In this document: positions 37,124 to 48,010 of the stretch, one piece after another
How positions within the stretch are numbered: position 1 is the first letter of the stretch
How the letters are laid out: every line of letters begins with the position of its first letter
Sequence record: LC727697.1
Length of the DNA stretch: 64,000 nucleotides
Origin: Pseudomonas phage sp. 30-2
Direction: 5' to 3' (one strand)
Translations under genes and position numbers: made by a program
The notes under the pieces: model-generated
Told to the model about the DNA's origin: nothing
The model's input: the letters and a program-made list of their open reading frames with translations, nothing else
Database searches by the model: none

Positions 37124-38323
37124 TTACCGATGTTTTCTATTTAACCGTTTAGATTCATTATCTGGATCGAGTTCATTGGTATCTCGGTGTTCAGTCTCAG
37201 AAGTTAATTGAGTAATAATATCTAAAACATCTTTGTCAGATAAAGTAGACTTTTCCATTATAGGAGATTCGATACTTTCAGGAAGAAGTTTATACAATCT
37301 AGATTGGTTTCTTTTTAGCCATGATAGTACGGGCGCTCGCAACCCTGCTTTCTTAATAAGAGATGCTACCCTAACCAATTCTTCGTTATAATCTTCTTCT
37401 TTTGTAATTCCTGCTTCTTTGAATATATTTTTGATTTCTCTATCACTAAATTTAAAATCTTTGAGAATTTGCTCTATATCTGCACTATCAGTAGAACCGT
37501 GATATTTATTCTTCCATACTCGTTTTAGTATATCTGCATCAACTTCGCCGCGACCGCCATTTAGACCTAATTGTCCCTTTAATACATCTAGCTTATTAGA
37601 TGCATTTTGTCCTACATTTGAATTGCCGATAGTGTCTGTGACTCTAGACCAAGCCCTCGATAAAAAATCCAATGGTCCTTCGTTTATAATAGATTCATTT
37701 GTAGAGGAAGTATCATCTAATTCTTTATTGACTTTATCTAATGCAAATGATAACATCGCAAATATTTCGTTTGCTACTGTTCCTTTTTTAGCAGATTCTG
37801 CGGCGGCAGATAAAGTAGATGATATAAATGCAGCGGCGGCAGAATTAGATAGCTGTCTCATTAAATAATCTACCATTTTATTAACATCTGCTGCTCGTCT
37901 TTGGCCAGATAATGCAGTCTTTATATCTACTTTATCTTTTATTGCCTGTTTATTAAGTTTACGCTGAGCTTCTTCGGCAGTTTCTTTATCATCTGACTGA
38001 ACTTCATGTGATATTTCAGTTTGTTCTGCCTGATCATATATTTGGTCTATTACGGGCTCTATTCGCTGTTTAACTTGATTGGCAGCATTTGATGCACTTC
38101 TGTTATCAGAGGTAAAGGATCCTAAAAATCCTTTACCAGATCCTCTTTTCTTAGAAGCAATGTTGAATATATTTACTATTTCTCCCGGAGAAATAAATGC
38201 CTCTATGATTGTAGTAAACTCCGAAATATCGTTACGCACAGATTCATAGAGACGGTTTAGATCTTTTAATTCCTGTTTAGATTTTTCTGTAGATAAAAAT
38301 CTTTTAAAAGTTTTATTAGTCAT
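37124..38323 (-). CDS. hypothetical protein (399 aa)
   Basis: ORF on coding strand. Confidence 0.45.
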   Translation of the reverse strand: MTNKTFKRFLSTEKSKQELKDLNRLYESVRNDISEFTTIIEAFISPGEIVNIFNIASKKRGSGKGFLGSFTSDNRSASNAANQVKQRIEPVIDQIYDQAEQTEISHEVQSDDKETAEEAQRKLNKQAIKDKVDIKTALSGQRRAADVNKMVDYLMRQLSNSAAAAFISSTLSAAAESAKKGTVANEIFAMLSFALDKVNKELDDTSSTNESIINEGPLDFLSRAWSRVTDTIGNSNVGQNASNKLDVLKGQLGLNGGRGEVDADILKRVWKNKYHGSTDSADIEQILKDFKFSDREIKNIFKEAGITKEEDYNEELVRVASLIKKAGLRAPVLSWLKRNQSRLYKLLPESIESPIMEKSTLSDKDVLDIITQLTSETEHRDTNELDPDNESKRLNRKHR

Positions 38324-38927
38324 CGTTTTCTAATTCTCGTATTAGCGTAAGAAGTTGTCTTTTATTTAACACACCTGATGTTACAAATCTTTGAATACGC
38401 TCCATGTCTTCCTGTTGTTCTGGAGTCAATTCAAATGTATTAGCTTTAGTGTAGGAGTTAAGTTCGCCTGCTATGTCAGGTCTTGGCTCGGGAGCGCGGG
38501 TGGTCGCTGGTCGTTGTGTTTGTTTAGGTTGTTCAGGTTTTGTTTCTAGTTTTTGTGTATCTGGAATAATTTCAGGTATTTTTGTTTGGACTTTTAATTT
38601 ACCTTGAATTATATCTTGCACCTGCTCTTCCGGATATCCTAAACCTATAAGAAACTGCTTTACATATTCTGGATCAGTTTCTTTTTTTTCTGGACCTACT
38701 TTTGCATTATCTTCACTTGCTTTTTTAACAAATTGTTTAACGACTTCTTTAGTAGTACGTTTAGTAGGCGCTTTTTTATTAGGTTGTTTAGAAGCTATCT
38801 TCTTTTTAGAAGAAGATTCTGCATCAGATACATCCGGTGCTTCATGCATATAGCTGCTCTGTTGTGCTACCGGACTGTTTAACCCAATGAAATCGTCAAA
38901 TGTACTAGCTTCGAATACTTTTTTCAT
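38316..38927 (-). CDS. hypothetical Lys/Pro/Glu-rich protein (203 aa)
   Basis: ORF on coding strand. Confidence 0.45.
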   Translation of the reverse strand: MKKVFEASTFDDFIGLNSPVAQQSSYMHEAPDVSDAESSSKKKIASKQPNKKAPTKRTTKEVVKQFVKKASEDNAKVGPEKKETDPEYVKQFLIGLGYPEEQVQDIIQGKLKVQTKIPEIIPDTQKLETKPEQPKQTQRPATTRAPEPRPDIAGELNSYTKANTFELTPEQQEDMERIQRFVTSGVLNKRQLLTLIRELENDD

Positions 38928-38929
38928 TA

Positions 38930-39169
38930 TTATTCCTTAAGTTTTCTCACTGACTTACTAAATCGTTTAGCATCCTTGTATTTGATACTACTAAGTAATT
39001 TTTTTTCTAATTGCTCTGCGTCTGCATCAGAGTAATTAGATTCGATATACTCAATTAGATGAATTGCAGATTGTATTATATGTTCTGCTCTATATTCTAT
39101 CAATTCTTCTTTGCTCTTAGAAGGAACATAATTATTAAGTTCTTCTAAAATACTACGTCTAGTACTCAC
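38930..39169 (-). CDS. hypothetical protein (79 aa)
   Basis: ORF on coding strand. Confidence 0.4.
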   Translation of the reverse strand: MSTRRSILEELNNYVPSKSKEELIEYRAEHIIQSAIHLIEYIESNYSDADAEQLEKKLLSSIKYKDAKRFSKSVRKLKE

Positions 39170-39209
39170 ATCAGTATCCCCTATTCGTTATATTTATCTA
39201 CTATTACTA

Positions 39210-40649
39210 TTATCTGTTGCCGCTAAGTAGATTACGAAGCCGGGCACTTTTTTCTACCATAGATTCTGCCGGTTTTTGTTCAATAACAGGTGTCTTTTGT
39301 ACATGAGTATCTTTATTATTAGGTGTGTCTAATGACCTATCTGCGCGGAGTTTATCAATAACACTCCTTGTATTCTCGGATAATGCGCTAGCTTGTTCTG
39401 GATCTAAATCAGATAATCTTAGTGTTCTTTGATCAAACGCAAGATCTACTTTCTGCCCGACGCCCGACGACGAACGTGTTTTAAGAAATTGAATTTGATA
39501 TCTTCCATTTTCTCTCATAGCTTGCGTTGTAAAAATAGCTATTACATTATCGGCAGTATTAATCTTAGAAATACCCCCAGAAATGTGTTCATGTCCAAAA
39601 TCTACAGATTCGTGTGAATTTCTGTTTAACTGCGATGCAGTGACTAATAGAATTTGAAGCTCAACTGCTAAGTTCCTTAATTCTTCAGAAACGTATTTGT
39701 CTTTAACAAACAGATCCGATGGACTTACCTTTTTACTTATAGGCATACACAAATCCAAATAGTCTAACATTATTGCATCTACTTTTAATCCTGTTTGAAT
39801 TTCGTATTCTTTTATATAAGAACGTATATCGTTGGCTGTACAACCATTGGGTAATTGCTTAATTCGAAGGGAGCCCTTAGTTTTCTTTTTAGATTCAATA
39901 ACTTTTATAGCTACGTCATCTACCCTGCGTAAAACTTCTTTTGTATCAATACCTGTGTTCATAGAATCTATGCGCATAGAACATAAGTTTTCGCTCAATT
40001 CTAAACTAAGGTAAACTACGTTAAGTCCTGCTATAGCCCAATTTAACCCTATATTTTGTAGGAATATAGATTTGCCAGCGCCCGATTGTCCTGCAAAAAT
40101 ATTTAGAGCGCCGCGCTCAAAACCACCGTACAGTTTTGCATCTAAATCTTTCATGCCAGTTGACACTAACGATTTTCTGTCTTTAATGGCATTAAGTCTA
40201 GACAGTGGATCTCCAAAATAATCAGTACCTAAATCTTTAACTAATGCAATAGAAACTGCATTCTTAACTTTTTGTTCAACTTCTCCGTACCGACCGGTAA
40301 CTAATAAATCAGGAGACTCTAATATCACATTCTCTAGTTGTTTATGCCTAGCAAATGTTTCGTATTCTTCTAAAAACCAATTTTTGTGGCTATCATGTAT
40401 GTTATCTAATAACTCAAATGATTTTCCTGTTATGGCAGATACTTGTTCTACAGTAGGAAGAGTACTATGTTTATCTGCATGTTCATTTAGAAAATCTATA
40501 ACTTTTTGGTTAATCTTATCCGAATAGTGGTCTCGTTGTATTATAGATCGGCATCTAATAAACAATTCTGGGTCAGTTAAGAAAAATTTTATAAACAAAT
40601 CTTCTACGCCAGTATTATAATCCTTTACTACGTCTTTGTTTTGTTTCAC
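39210..40649 (-). CDS. DnaB-family replicative helicase (T4 gp41-like)
   Basis: Walker A NIFAGQSGAGKSIFL and RecA-like C-terminal fold. Confidence 0.85.
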   Translation of the reverse strand: MKQNKDVVKDYNTGVEDLFIKFFLTDPELFIRCRSIIQRDHYSDKINQKVIDFLNEHADKHSTLPTVEQVSAITGKSFELLDNIHDSHKNWFLEEYETFARHKQLENVILESPDLLVTGRYGEVEQKVKNAVSIALVKDLGTDYFGDPLSRLNAIKDRKSLVSTGMKDLDAKLYGGFERGALNIFAGQSGAGKSIFLQNIGLNWAIAGLNVVYLSLELSENLCSMRIDSMNTGIDTKEVLRRVDDVAIKVIESKKKTKGSLRIKQLPNGCTANDIRSYIKEYEIQTGLKVDAIMLDYLDLCMPISKKVSPSDLFVKDKYVSEELRNLAVELQILLVTASQLNRNSHESVDFGHEHISGGISKINTADNVIAIFTTQAMRENGRYQIQFLKTRSSSGVGQKVDLAFDQRTLRLSDLDPEQASALSENTRSVIDKLRADRSLDTPNNKDTHVQKTPVIEQKPAESMVEKSARLRNLLSGNR

Positions 40650-40650
40650 A

Positions 40651-41679
40651 CTATATTCCTTTTATTTTTCTTTTAATTCGTATGGCAGTAGAATTCCGTT
40701 CGATACCGTATATAATACTCTGAACTGTAAGTAATCTTCCATATTTTTGGGATGCTTCACTAGCATCTTTTATATTATTATCCCAATTAGGAAATGATAC
40801 ATACCAGTTATATTCTAAAGCAGAATCTACTAAATGACTGCCGTTACTATCAAAATCAGGCAATACTATTATTTCTTTGCCTAGCGAGTTTATTATATTT
40901 GCTTGATGTTTACTTACAGAACCCATGGTAGATACTCCATCTACCATTATAGCATCTATTACTCCTTCCGTTAGTATAACATATTTTCTATTGTAGGATC
41001 TTTGGGAATCTAACCCATACACAAAATGTTCGGGGAATCTATTTTCATATCTTCTTATTTCTAATTCATTTGGTTGTTCTTCAAAATATCTTCCGCAATA
41101 TCCTACAACTTTTCCATTATATGTGAACGGAAGTATTATTCGTTTATTCCATAAAAATTTCTGAGAGGGTGACCAGTATATATTAGACATATCCGGAAAT
41201 CCTCTAGATAAGGCATACATTGCACATTTAAGAAGATTGGGATCATTAGGAGATATTTCTAACCATTCTAATATAGGTTTAGAATTTTTAGGAAGACTAG
41301 TAGTAGTCCAATTAGTTTTAATACTTAATTCTAGTTCGGGAGTTTTAAATATGTCTCCTGCTTCTTTCTCTCTAAATGCCTGGAATTTAAGTTTACGAAT
41401 ATCATCATCGGATGTACCTATATGTCGTAGAAGGAACTCTATTTTCTCTCCTATCAGAGCCCCCGGAGTCCATTTTGTTACAAATGTACAGTTAAAGCAA
41501 TGGACCCCTATTGTTCCATCCGATTCAAACATAACACCGAACCGTTTTCGCTTATCAGCAGTTGTACCCATAGCGACACACAAAGGACAATTACAAACTA
41601 ACCATCCTTTGTTTCCTGGCTTTAAATACGGAAGTCTAGAAGTTATTTCTTGTTTTAAAAGTTCGCTAATCACGCGCAC
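40651..41679 (-). CDS. DNA primase (T4 gp61-like, zinc ribbon plus TOPRIM)
   Basis: CNCPLC ... CFNC zinc ribbon; TOPRIM ILTEGVIDAIMV and LPDFDSNG. Confidence 0.8.
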   Translation of the reverse strand: MRVISELLKQEITSRLPYLKPGNKGWLVCNCPLCVAMGTTADKRKRFGVMFESDGTIGVHCFNCTFVTKWTPGALIGEKIEFLLRHIGTSDDDIRKLKFQAFREKEAGDIFKTPELELSIKTNWTTTSLPKNSKPILEWLEISPNDPNLLKCAMYALSRGFPDMSNIYWSPSQKFLWNKRIILPFTYNGKVVGYCGRYFEEQPNELEIRRYENRFPEHFVYGLDSQRSYNRKYVILTEGVIDAIMVDGVSTMGSVSKHQANIINSLGKEIIVLPDFDSNGSHLVDSALEYNWYVSFPNWDNNIKDASEASQKYGRLLTVQSIIYGIERNSTAIRIKRKIKGI

Positions 41680-41708
41680 ATTATAGCATGCACGTTTTTC
41701 GTTGTCAA

Positions 41709-42578
41709 TTAACTTCTTAACATTACTTTAGAAATTTCTCCATTGTTTGGGATTGTCGAATCCGGATACCAACGGAATTTTAACCAAAGAACATTTGCTT
41801 GAAAAGTGTATGGCATTATTCCAGTGAAATTATTAAACTGAATATAATCAAACATAGATCTTAAATTAATCGGAAACCAAGAACTAAATTCATCTTCTAG
41901 CGAAGGAATTTGGTCTAATGTACCATATACTTCAAATTTACCTGTGAAATTTTCTGCATATATTGCAATAGTATGCACACCCGATCTATAATTTTTTACT
42001 CTATTAGATGGAAATGGACCTGCATTGTAATAATTAAAAGTATAATCAGTGTTTATTACTTTTCGCCATTCAGTAGCAACTATAGTGTCTATGGGCGCCT
42101 TTTCTAAACTATCTCTAACTTCTGCATACAGTTGTATATCAGATGATGTATTTGTATAAAACGGCGTACTAATTACAGGGAGTCCGTCTATATTAGATAT
42201 GCCGGGAATAAATTCTTCTTGTCCTATTATACTCAAAGTGTAATATCCATTAGGCACATTTATTAGATCTCCTTCTAATATAGACAATATAAAAATTCCA
42301 GGAGACTGCTCATATATATCACACTGTTTTACTAGCACTCGTTCTTTATTTTCTGTATTAATTAAACTAGCAAACACAGAAAGTCCATGAATATTTACTA
42401 ATCGTCTATCAGGATTATAAACCCTAAATTTTACTTGATTATCTACACCTTTGTATAGTTTTATTGTTTGTGAATGCATAGGTCTATTATCCAATAATTT
42501 ACAATTGCAAGAAAGTATACCGTTATCATATAACAGTTCTACAAAATTATCATATTTATATAATGTATGGAATGTCAT
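41709..42578 (-). CDS. hypothetical protein (289 aa)
   Basis: ORF on coding strand. Confidence 0.45.
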   Translation of the reverse strand: MTFHTLYKYDNFVELLYDNGILSCNCKLLDNRPMHSQTIKLYKGVDNQVKFRVYNPDRRLVNIHGLSVFASLINTENKERVLVKQCDIYEQSPGIFILSILEGDLINVPNGYYTLSIIGQEEFIPGISNIDGLPVISTPFYTNTSSDIQLYAEVRDSLEKAPIDTIVATEWRKVINTDYTFNYYNAGPFPSNRVKNYRSGVHTIAIYAENFTGKFEVYGTLDQIPSLEDEFSSWFPINLRSMFDYIQFNNFTGIMPYTFQANVLWLKFRWYPDSTIPNNGEISKVMLRS

Positions 42579-42640
42579 ACACGTATTTATATTAAAACGG
42601 TTAGTGTTAAAGGAATAAATAATACAGAGAGAAGAAAATC

Positions 42641-43039
42641 ATGGACAACACAAATAATAATACAATAGATCAAGAGTTAGCAGAATTATCTGAAAAATTT
42701 CCATTTTTGAGTGGCATACAACACTTAGAAAATTTCTATATAGGAATTATTCAAAATTCGGATGACAAATATATAAGTTTTTATGATTTTAAATCATTAA
42801 AAAACAGTCAACACAAAGATATATTTCTTCAATGCGGTGACTGTTGGTGGTGGGAATCTTCTAGGATATTACCAATAAATATATTCATGCCAAACGAAAT
42901 GGCAGAATTTAGATATTGCCTAAAAACCCTAGTAAACAAAGATATAAAAATAGTTTTCGGACCATGTACTTCTCTTAACAATATGCTCAAAAAGAGAATA
43001 AAAAGACGACAAGTATCTTTAATCAGGAAAATAACTTAA
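42641..43039 (+). CDS. hypothetical protein (132 aa), plus strand
   Basis: Sits in the only sizeable minus-strand gap and converges on 43023..43625. Confidence 0.4.
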   Translation: MDNTNNNTIDQELAELSEKFPFLSGIQHLENFYIGIIQNSDDKYISFYDFKSLKNSQHKDIFLQCGDCWWWESSRILPINIFMPNEMAEFRYCLKTLVNKDIKIVFGPCTSLNNMLKKRIKRRQVSLIRKIT

Positions 43040-43625
43040 ATGGATCGGGTTCTTGTTCTGCTTCTTCTTCTAATAAATTCAACTGAACAACAATTGCAAG
43101 TGCATAACTAATGGCATGTGCTTTTTTAAAATGATATGATCCGTCGCTGGGCTTATCCCACACAGTTTTGGCAATAATATCCCAAGGTTTATATTGTAAA
43201 TGATACTTACTCGGACGTATAACAGCCAGCAACATTGCTAACTGTTCTACACTTTTCGGTTTCATTCCTACTGCTAGATCAGCATAATTTCCTAAATGAA
43301 ATAAATTTTGAACTATCTGTTTATGTTCAAAATAAGACCAGTTAGGTTCTTTATCTATTAATTTCTTTAGATGTTCCTCTGATCTAACTTGTTCGTATAT
43401 ACTTACGTTAAGAAGATCAATCTTCATGTAGCCTAATTCTTCTGCAACTTTATAATCTATGTTGCTCATATTTTGTTCCGGATCAAACGGAATAGGTTGA
43501 AAATATACACCAGATAAATGTTTCTTTCCTACTCCGTCTAATTTAGCAGATATGTGTTGTAGTCCAGACAAAACTGTTAACCTATCTGCTACGTCAATAT
43601 CAACATCAGTAACTACTTTTGCCAT
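43023..43625 (-). CDS. hypothetical protein (200 aa)
   Basis: ORF on coding strand. Confidence 0.45.
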   Translation of the reverse strand: MAKVVTDVDIDVADRLTVLSGLQHISAKLDGVGKKHLSGVYFQPIPFDPEQNMSNIDYKVAEELGYMKIDLLNVSIYEQVRSEEHLKKLIDKEPNWSYFEHKQIVQNLFHLGNYADLAVGMKPKSVEQLAMLLAVIRPSKYHLQYKPWDIIAKTVWDKPSDGSYHFKKAHAISYALAIVVQLNLLEEEAEQEPDPFKLFS

Positions 43626-43626
43626 A

Positions 43627-44334
43627 TTACAACTTAGCCTCTGTCAATACAGACACTATAAAGTCAACATCATCTTTATTTGCAATAAATTTCTTTTGCC
43701 ACCAGTCAAAATCTACAGCAGTTTGAATAAATTTTTCTTGTTCTTCATTTATTCTAACCCACAATTTATCAGAAGAAGATGCCAGATATAATACCCACGG
43801 ACTAAGCTTTCCTGATTTAATAAGATATACTGCCTCTACTGTATTAACTTTTTCAAAAAAATCTACAATATCTACATTATTTTCAGTACACCAAGTGCCC
43901 ATCTCGATTATAGTTCGTTCCAGTGCTTTTTGTGCAGGTTCTTTCTGAGTATATTCTTTAAGATATCTTACATATACATAGTCTTTTTTCCAATCAGACA
44001 GCGGTATAGCGTTCTTTATTATGAAATCTATGTATTCATCTGTGTTAATAGGATTAATATCTATTAGGTGTCTTCCAAATTTAACAAAATCTATATAAAA
44101 TTTACTATCAATAAATTCTCTAAAAGATTTAGGCGTTTTAGAAGAAGTAGTTAGTTCGTAGAATCGCTGAAATACCCTAAATCCCAGTCTAGACCCAACT
44201 GTGTCTTTTTCTGCAAACCTCTTCTTTTTAACACACAAATGAGCAGCTATTGTTCGTTCTGACTTAAATTCTTTACTACAAAACTCGCACTTTGCCATCG
44301 ATGTTGCCTTTTTATTTTTCTTAGATGCTTGCAT
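43627..44334 (-). CDS. hypothetical protein with N-terminal C2H2-like zinc finger
   Basis: CEFCSKEFKSERTIAAHLC. Confidence 0.45.
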   Translation of the reverse strand: MQASKKNKKATSMAKCEFCSKEFKSERTIAAHLCVKKKRFAEKDTVGSRLGFRVFQRFYELTTSSKTPKSFREFIDSKFYIDFVKFGRHLIDINPINTDEYIDFIIKNAIPLSDWKKDYVYVRYLKEYTQKEPAQKALERTIIEMGTWCTENNVDIVDFFEKVNTVEAVYLIKSGKLSPWVLYLASSSDKLWVRINEEQEKFIQTAVDFDWWQKKFIANKDDVDFIVSVLTEAKL

Positions 44335-44347
44335 ATACTTACTAGAA

Positions 44348-44815
44348 TTATTTCTTCTTTAAAATATCTTTTATTTCTTTATCTTCATATCCGTAGGATA
44401 ACATAATATCCTTTAATTCTGCATCAGTGTACAAATCTGCAAGCATATCAATTTCATCATCTTTTGCGTTTGGATGAATTTTAAAAATAAATTCTTTCCT
44501 CGGATTCTTTTTTTTCTTTTTATTCGGGGCAATCCATTTACGTTGTTCTTTTCTTCCAGTTCCACACAACGACAATAGCATCCATTGCAATTTAGGATGC
44601 TTGTACATTAATGAAAAATCCACATTTACAATATCATTGGTCATTATAAGACCCCAATCTGCATTATCACCGATTATATTACTAGAATATCTCATTATAA
44701 TCCACGATGAAAATACTTTCTTCTGTTCATCAGTTAACTTGTCATAAAAATCTCTATCATTATAATCTAATGCTTGCAATTCCATCCAAAGCGGTAAAAT
44801 GCTTTCTTCTGCCAT
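44348..44815 (-). CDS. hypothetical protein (155 aa)
   Basis: ORF on coding strand. Confidence 0.4.
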   Translation of the reverse strand: MAEESILPLWMELQALDYNDRDFYDKLTDEQKKVFSSWIIMRYSSNIIGDNADWGLIMTNDIVNVDFSLMYKHPKLQWMLLSLCGTGRKEQRKWIAPNKKKKKNPRKEFIFKIHPNAKDDEIDMLADLYTDAELKDIMLSYGYEDKEIKDILKKK

Positions 44816-45318
44816 TATTTAAATAACTCTGCGATATCTATAGGATCAGGAATTTTATTCCCTTCTTTTACAAACAATGCACAATTCGGATTAGGTCCGT
44901 CTTCTAAAGGAATAACTAGGACAGCACCACTTTTTAATTTAGGGAAATACCACTTTACTTCAGTAAATACACTAGTTATTGTTATTTCAGAAGGAACAGG
45001 CACCATGTGTTTTAGTGGATTAAATACTATTGTATGAAACCCCCTGTCATTTAGACTAGTAAGAGGTACTACTTCCAAATCAGAATATTCTTCGTCGCAT
45101 ACTAGTATAGACCAATCTAACGGCATTTGTATACTGTACTTTCCTATCTTGAGTACAACTGCGGGAGAATAAAAACTTTCTAAAAATATAAGAGGCAAAA
45201 AGTAAAAATCTACATTAGATTTATCATTACAATCTAATATACAATACCGTATATCCTCTATGTCGTCTGGGACTCTATCTAATTCGTATGATTCATTTTC
45301 GGTTAATAAAATTTTCAA
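44815..45318 (-). CDS. hypothetical protein (167 aa)
   Basis: ORF on coding strand. Confidence 0.4.
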   Translation of the reverse strand: MKILLTENESYELDRVPDDIEDIRYCILDCNDKSNVDFYFLPLIFLESFYSPAVVLKIGKYSIQMPLDWSILVCDEEYSDLEVVPLTSLNDRGFHTIVFNPLKHMVPVPSEITITSVFTEVKWYFPKLKSGAVLVIPLEDGPNPNCALFVKEGNKIPDPIDIAELFK

Positions 45319-45328
45319 AATTACACCT

Positions 45329-45580
45329 TTATTTGTATTTTTCTATTATAGCACAAAATTTTTCTTTGTCAAAGTCTCCGCTAATAATATTAAGAAATAC
45401 AGTTTCTAATGAACCGACATATACTACCCCTAACATGGTTTTACCATTTTTGATATATCTATAAAAATCAGGGGTAGGATACGAATGTACATATAATTCT
45501 GATTTTAATTTAAATAAGTTCGATTGTTCATTTAAATCTGCATCTAATTTTATATAAATTCCGTCTTGATAAAAATTCAT
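45329..45580 (-). CDS. hypothetical protein (83 aa), positioned like T4 uvsW.1
   Basis: Small ORF immediately downstream of the UvsW helicase. Confidence 0.35.
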   Translation of the reverse strand: MNFYQDGIYIKLDADLNEQSNLFKLKSELYVHSYPTPDFYRYIKNGKTMLGVVYVGSLETVFLNIISGDFDKEKFCAIIEKYK

Positions 45581-45581
45581 A

Positions 45582-47033
45582 TTAATAATCTATTTTTTTC
45601 ACAGAAAATGGATATTCTGCTTCTTTATAGAATTTTTTCCTTTTAGTTAAATGCCTTGCAGAATATTTTGCAACAGAAGTAATATCAAATACAGATACAT
45701 AGTCTTTTCCGGGTGCCTTGCGTAGACCGCGACCGATAGACTGAATTACCCTAATAAAAGACTTTCCTGGTTCTAATAAATATACATTATGTATGTATGG
45801 TATATCAATACCAGTAGATGCAACCCCAAAGGTTGCTATAATAATTTTATCTGTATCTGATGTAACTGATTTATATTCAGTTCTTCTGTCTTTACTTTTT
45901 AAATCACCTTTAACAAAAGCAGCATTGGGTATATGCTTAAGAAGTTCTTCTCCGCTCGACAGCCTATCAACTAATACTAACGTATTACCTTCTTGAGATT
46001 TTATATGTTCGGCTAGCCATTTTAAACGAGTAGGGTCTGTAGTAAGAAATTTTAATTCGGCTGCATAGTTCGGATGCGAAGTATGATAATCGTTTAATTG
46101 TAGGACTTCTATGTGCAATTCACTAAGTATTCCTGCTTCTTGCAATTCTTTTGCTTTCACAGTTTTTGTAACAGGACCTATGCATGCAATAAGGGCAGCA
46201 GCGGCATGTTCCTCTTCCGGTATGGTTCCTGTCATAGCCCATCGAATGGGAACATTAGCAAATGTAGAAGTTAAATGTTCTTTTAATGATTGACCCTTAA
46301 TAGTATGTGCTTCATCGACTACTACTGCTACTACCCCTTCAATGAATTCTTCTAATGTTAATGCATTTTCGTCTGCTTTACTTTGTTTATAAATAGCTTC
46401 AATACTTTGCCAGGTAACTATAGTGTGAGTTTTGCCTAATTCTTTTCTATCTCCGAAATAAACGCCAGTATCTAATCCGAAGTTTTTAAAATCCCGTTCT
46501 GTTTGGGTAACTAAGTCTTTAGATGGAACAATTGTTATTGTTCTTCCATACTTTTCTACTTTATGTGCTAATGCAGCAGTAACTAATGTTTTTCCAAAAC
46601 CAGTAGGCAATGTTGCTATACTCTGTGTATTAGCTAAGTAATTATTCACTGCCTCTACTTGATAATCCCGTAGAACAATATTCTGCCCTTCATATTGATG
46701 TCCTACAGGCCAAGTAATATGAGAATATGAGTTAGCATCTATTGGTTCAAAATTACACGAAAACGGTTGTCTATTATCTTCTATGGTTATATAATAACCA
46801 CTATTTTCTACAATAGGAATAAGTATATCTAAAAAATTAAGATACGAACGTCCGGCTATATCACAATATCTAATACATCCATCCCATCTACCTAACTTGT
46901 ATGCAGGTTGGTGTCTTGCATGAGGTAAAAAGAATTTTAACGAATCAGATAGTTTTCTACGAGTGTTTATATCAAGTCCAGTAAATGCAATATTTACTTC
47001 ATCTTTTATTACTAATTTGCAATCCTTTGCCAT
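45582..47033 (-). CDS. uvsW: SF2 DEAH helicase (T4 UvsW-like)
   Basis: Motif I LPTGFGKT, motif II VVDEAH, conserved order with uvsY. Confidence 0.85.
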   Translation of the reverse strand: MAKDCKLVIKDEVNIAFTGLDINTRRKLSDSLKFFLPHARHQPAYKLGRWDGCIRYCDIAGRSYLNFLDILIPIVENSGYYITIEDNRQPFSCNFEPIDANSYSHITWPVGHQYEGQNIVLRDYQVEAVNNYLANTQSIATLPTGFGKTLVTAALAHKVEKYGRTITIVPSKDLVTQTERDFKNFGLDTGVYFGDRKELGKTHTIVTWQSIEAIYKQSKADENALTLEEFIEGVVAVVVDEAHTIKGQSLKEHLTSTFANVPIRWAMTGTIPEEEHAAAALIACIGPVTKTVKAKELQEAGILSELHIEVLQLNDYHTSHPNYAAELKFLTTDPTRLKWLAEHIKSQEGNTLVLVDRLSSGEELLKHIPNAAFVKGDLKSKDRRTEYKSVTSDTDKIIIATFGVASTGIDIPYIHNVYLLEPGKSFIRVIQSIGRGLRKAPGKDYVSVFDITSVAKYSARHLTKRKKFYKEAEYPFSVKKIDY

Positions 47034-47045
47034 TACGAATCCTAT

Positions 47046-47531
47046 TTAAATTTGTGCGTCGTCTAGTCCTGCACAACGAAGTTTAACTATGTGGCCTACC
47101 ATCCAATTCTTAGAATCTAAACCCTTCATTAGCGAAAGATATTTGTTTCTTAGCAATGCAACTTCATTAACTAATATTGCCCTGTTTACTACAAGTGGAT
47201 CTCCTTCTGCATATTTCTCTGCATCCCTAGAAGAAAGTGCTTTAGGAAACTGCTGTAGATAAAATTTGAATCTGTCGCTTTTTTCTTGTTTATACTGAAT
47301 ATTAAGTAATTCTAGTACAGCTTCAATTTCTTGAAGCTGTGCAAATCTATTCTCTACTATACCCGGCAACTCTGCGCAATGTTTCTCTAACGTTTTACCC
47401 TTTAAAGACATTTCTGTAGACTTAGAAATATCTATTTCCTTTTCGAAAAAAGAAATGAAATCGGGTATCTTAGATAAATCTGCATAGACAATGTTATACC
47501 AATTGTTCATTTTCTTTTCCAGCAAGTGCAA
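47046..47531 (-). CDS. uvsY: recombination mediator UvsY-like protein
   Basis: Helical protein next to uvsW as in T4; weak similarity to UvsY C-terminal region; mainly a synteny call. Confidence 0.5.
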   Translation of the reverse strand: MHLLEKKMNNWYNIVYADLSKIPDFISFFEKEIDISKSTEMSLKGKTLEKHCAELPGIVENRFAQLQEIEAVLELLNIQYKQEKSDRFKFYLQQFPKALSSRDAEKYAEGDPLVVNRAILVNEVALLRNKYLSLMKGLDSKNWMVGHIVKLRCAGLDDAQI

Positions 47532-47829
47532 TCCTAATTACTTTTAAAAATAAATGAGCTCGTTGAGATTTTGACGGTATTCTTCGTTTTAGTCTAAATT
47601 GACTAATAGGAATATTAAATGAATCGGAACATAGTATATGTAGGTTATTAATATTTTCAGGTTGTATTACCCATATAACCGCATTCATATCTTTTGTTAC
47701 CATATCTAACAATTTGTCTAATTGTTCTATGACAGCATCTTTATTTTTGGATGTTATATTGGCTTTCAACGACGATACAGTTGATAGAAATTCGTCACTA
47801 AATTCTAAATTAGTCGTCATCTGCTTCAC
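47494..47829 (-). CDS. hypothetical protein (111 aa)
   Basis: ORF on coding strand. Confidence 0.35.
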   Translation of the reverse strand: MKQMTTNLEFSDEFLSTVSSLKANITSKNKDAVIEQLDKLLDMVTKDMNAVIWVIQPENINNLHILCSDSFNIPISQFRLKRRIPSKSQRAHLFLKVIRIALAGKENEQLV

Positions 47830-48010
47830 CTAAATGTGTTTTTGCTGCTATTTTAAGTTCTTTTTCAAACATTTGAATATCTACATCAAGCATTCCGTAT
47901 TCATCTAAAACTTCTATAAACGCATCCGCTGCATGAATGCGCTCAGATGACTTAATATATGGTCGCACGGCAGCCCAAATTTCATTTATTGCTTCAACAT
48001 CTGTAATCAT
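47810..48010 (-). CDS. hypothetical protein (66 aa)
   Basis: ORF on coding strand. Confidence 0.35.
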   Translation of the reverse strand: MITDVEAINEIWAAVRPYIKSSERIHAADAFIEVLDEYGMLDVDIQMFEKELKIAAKTHLGEADDD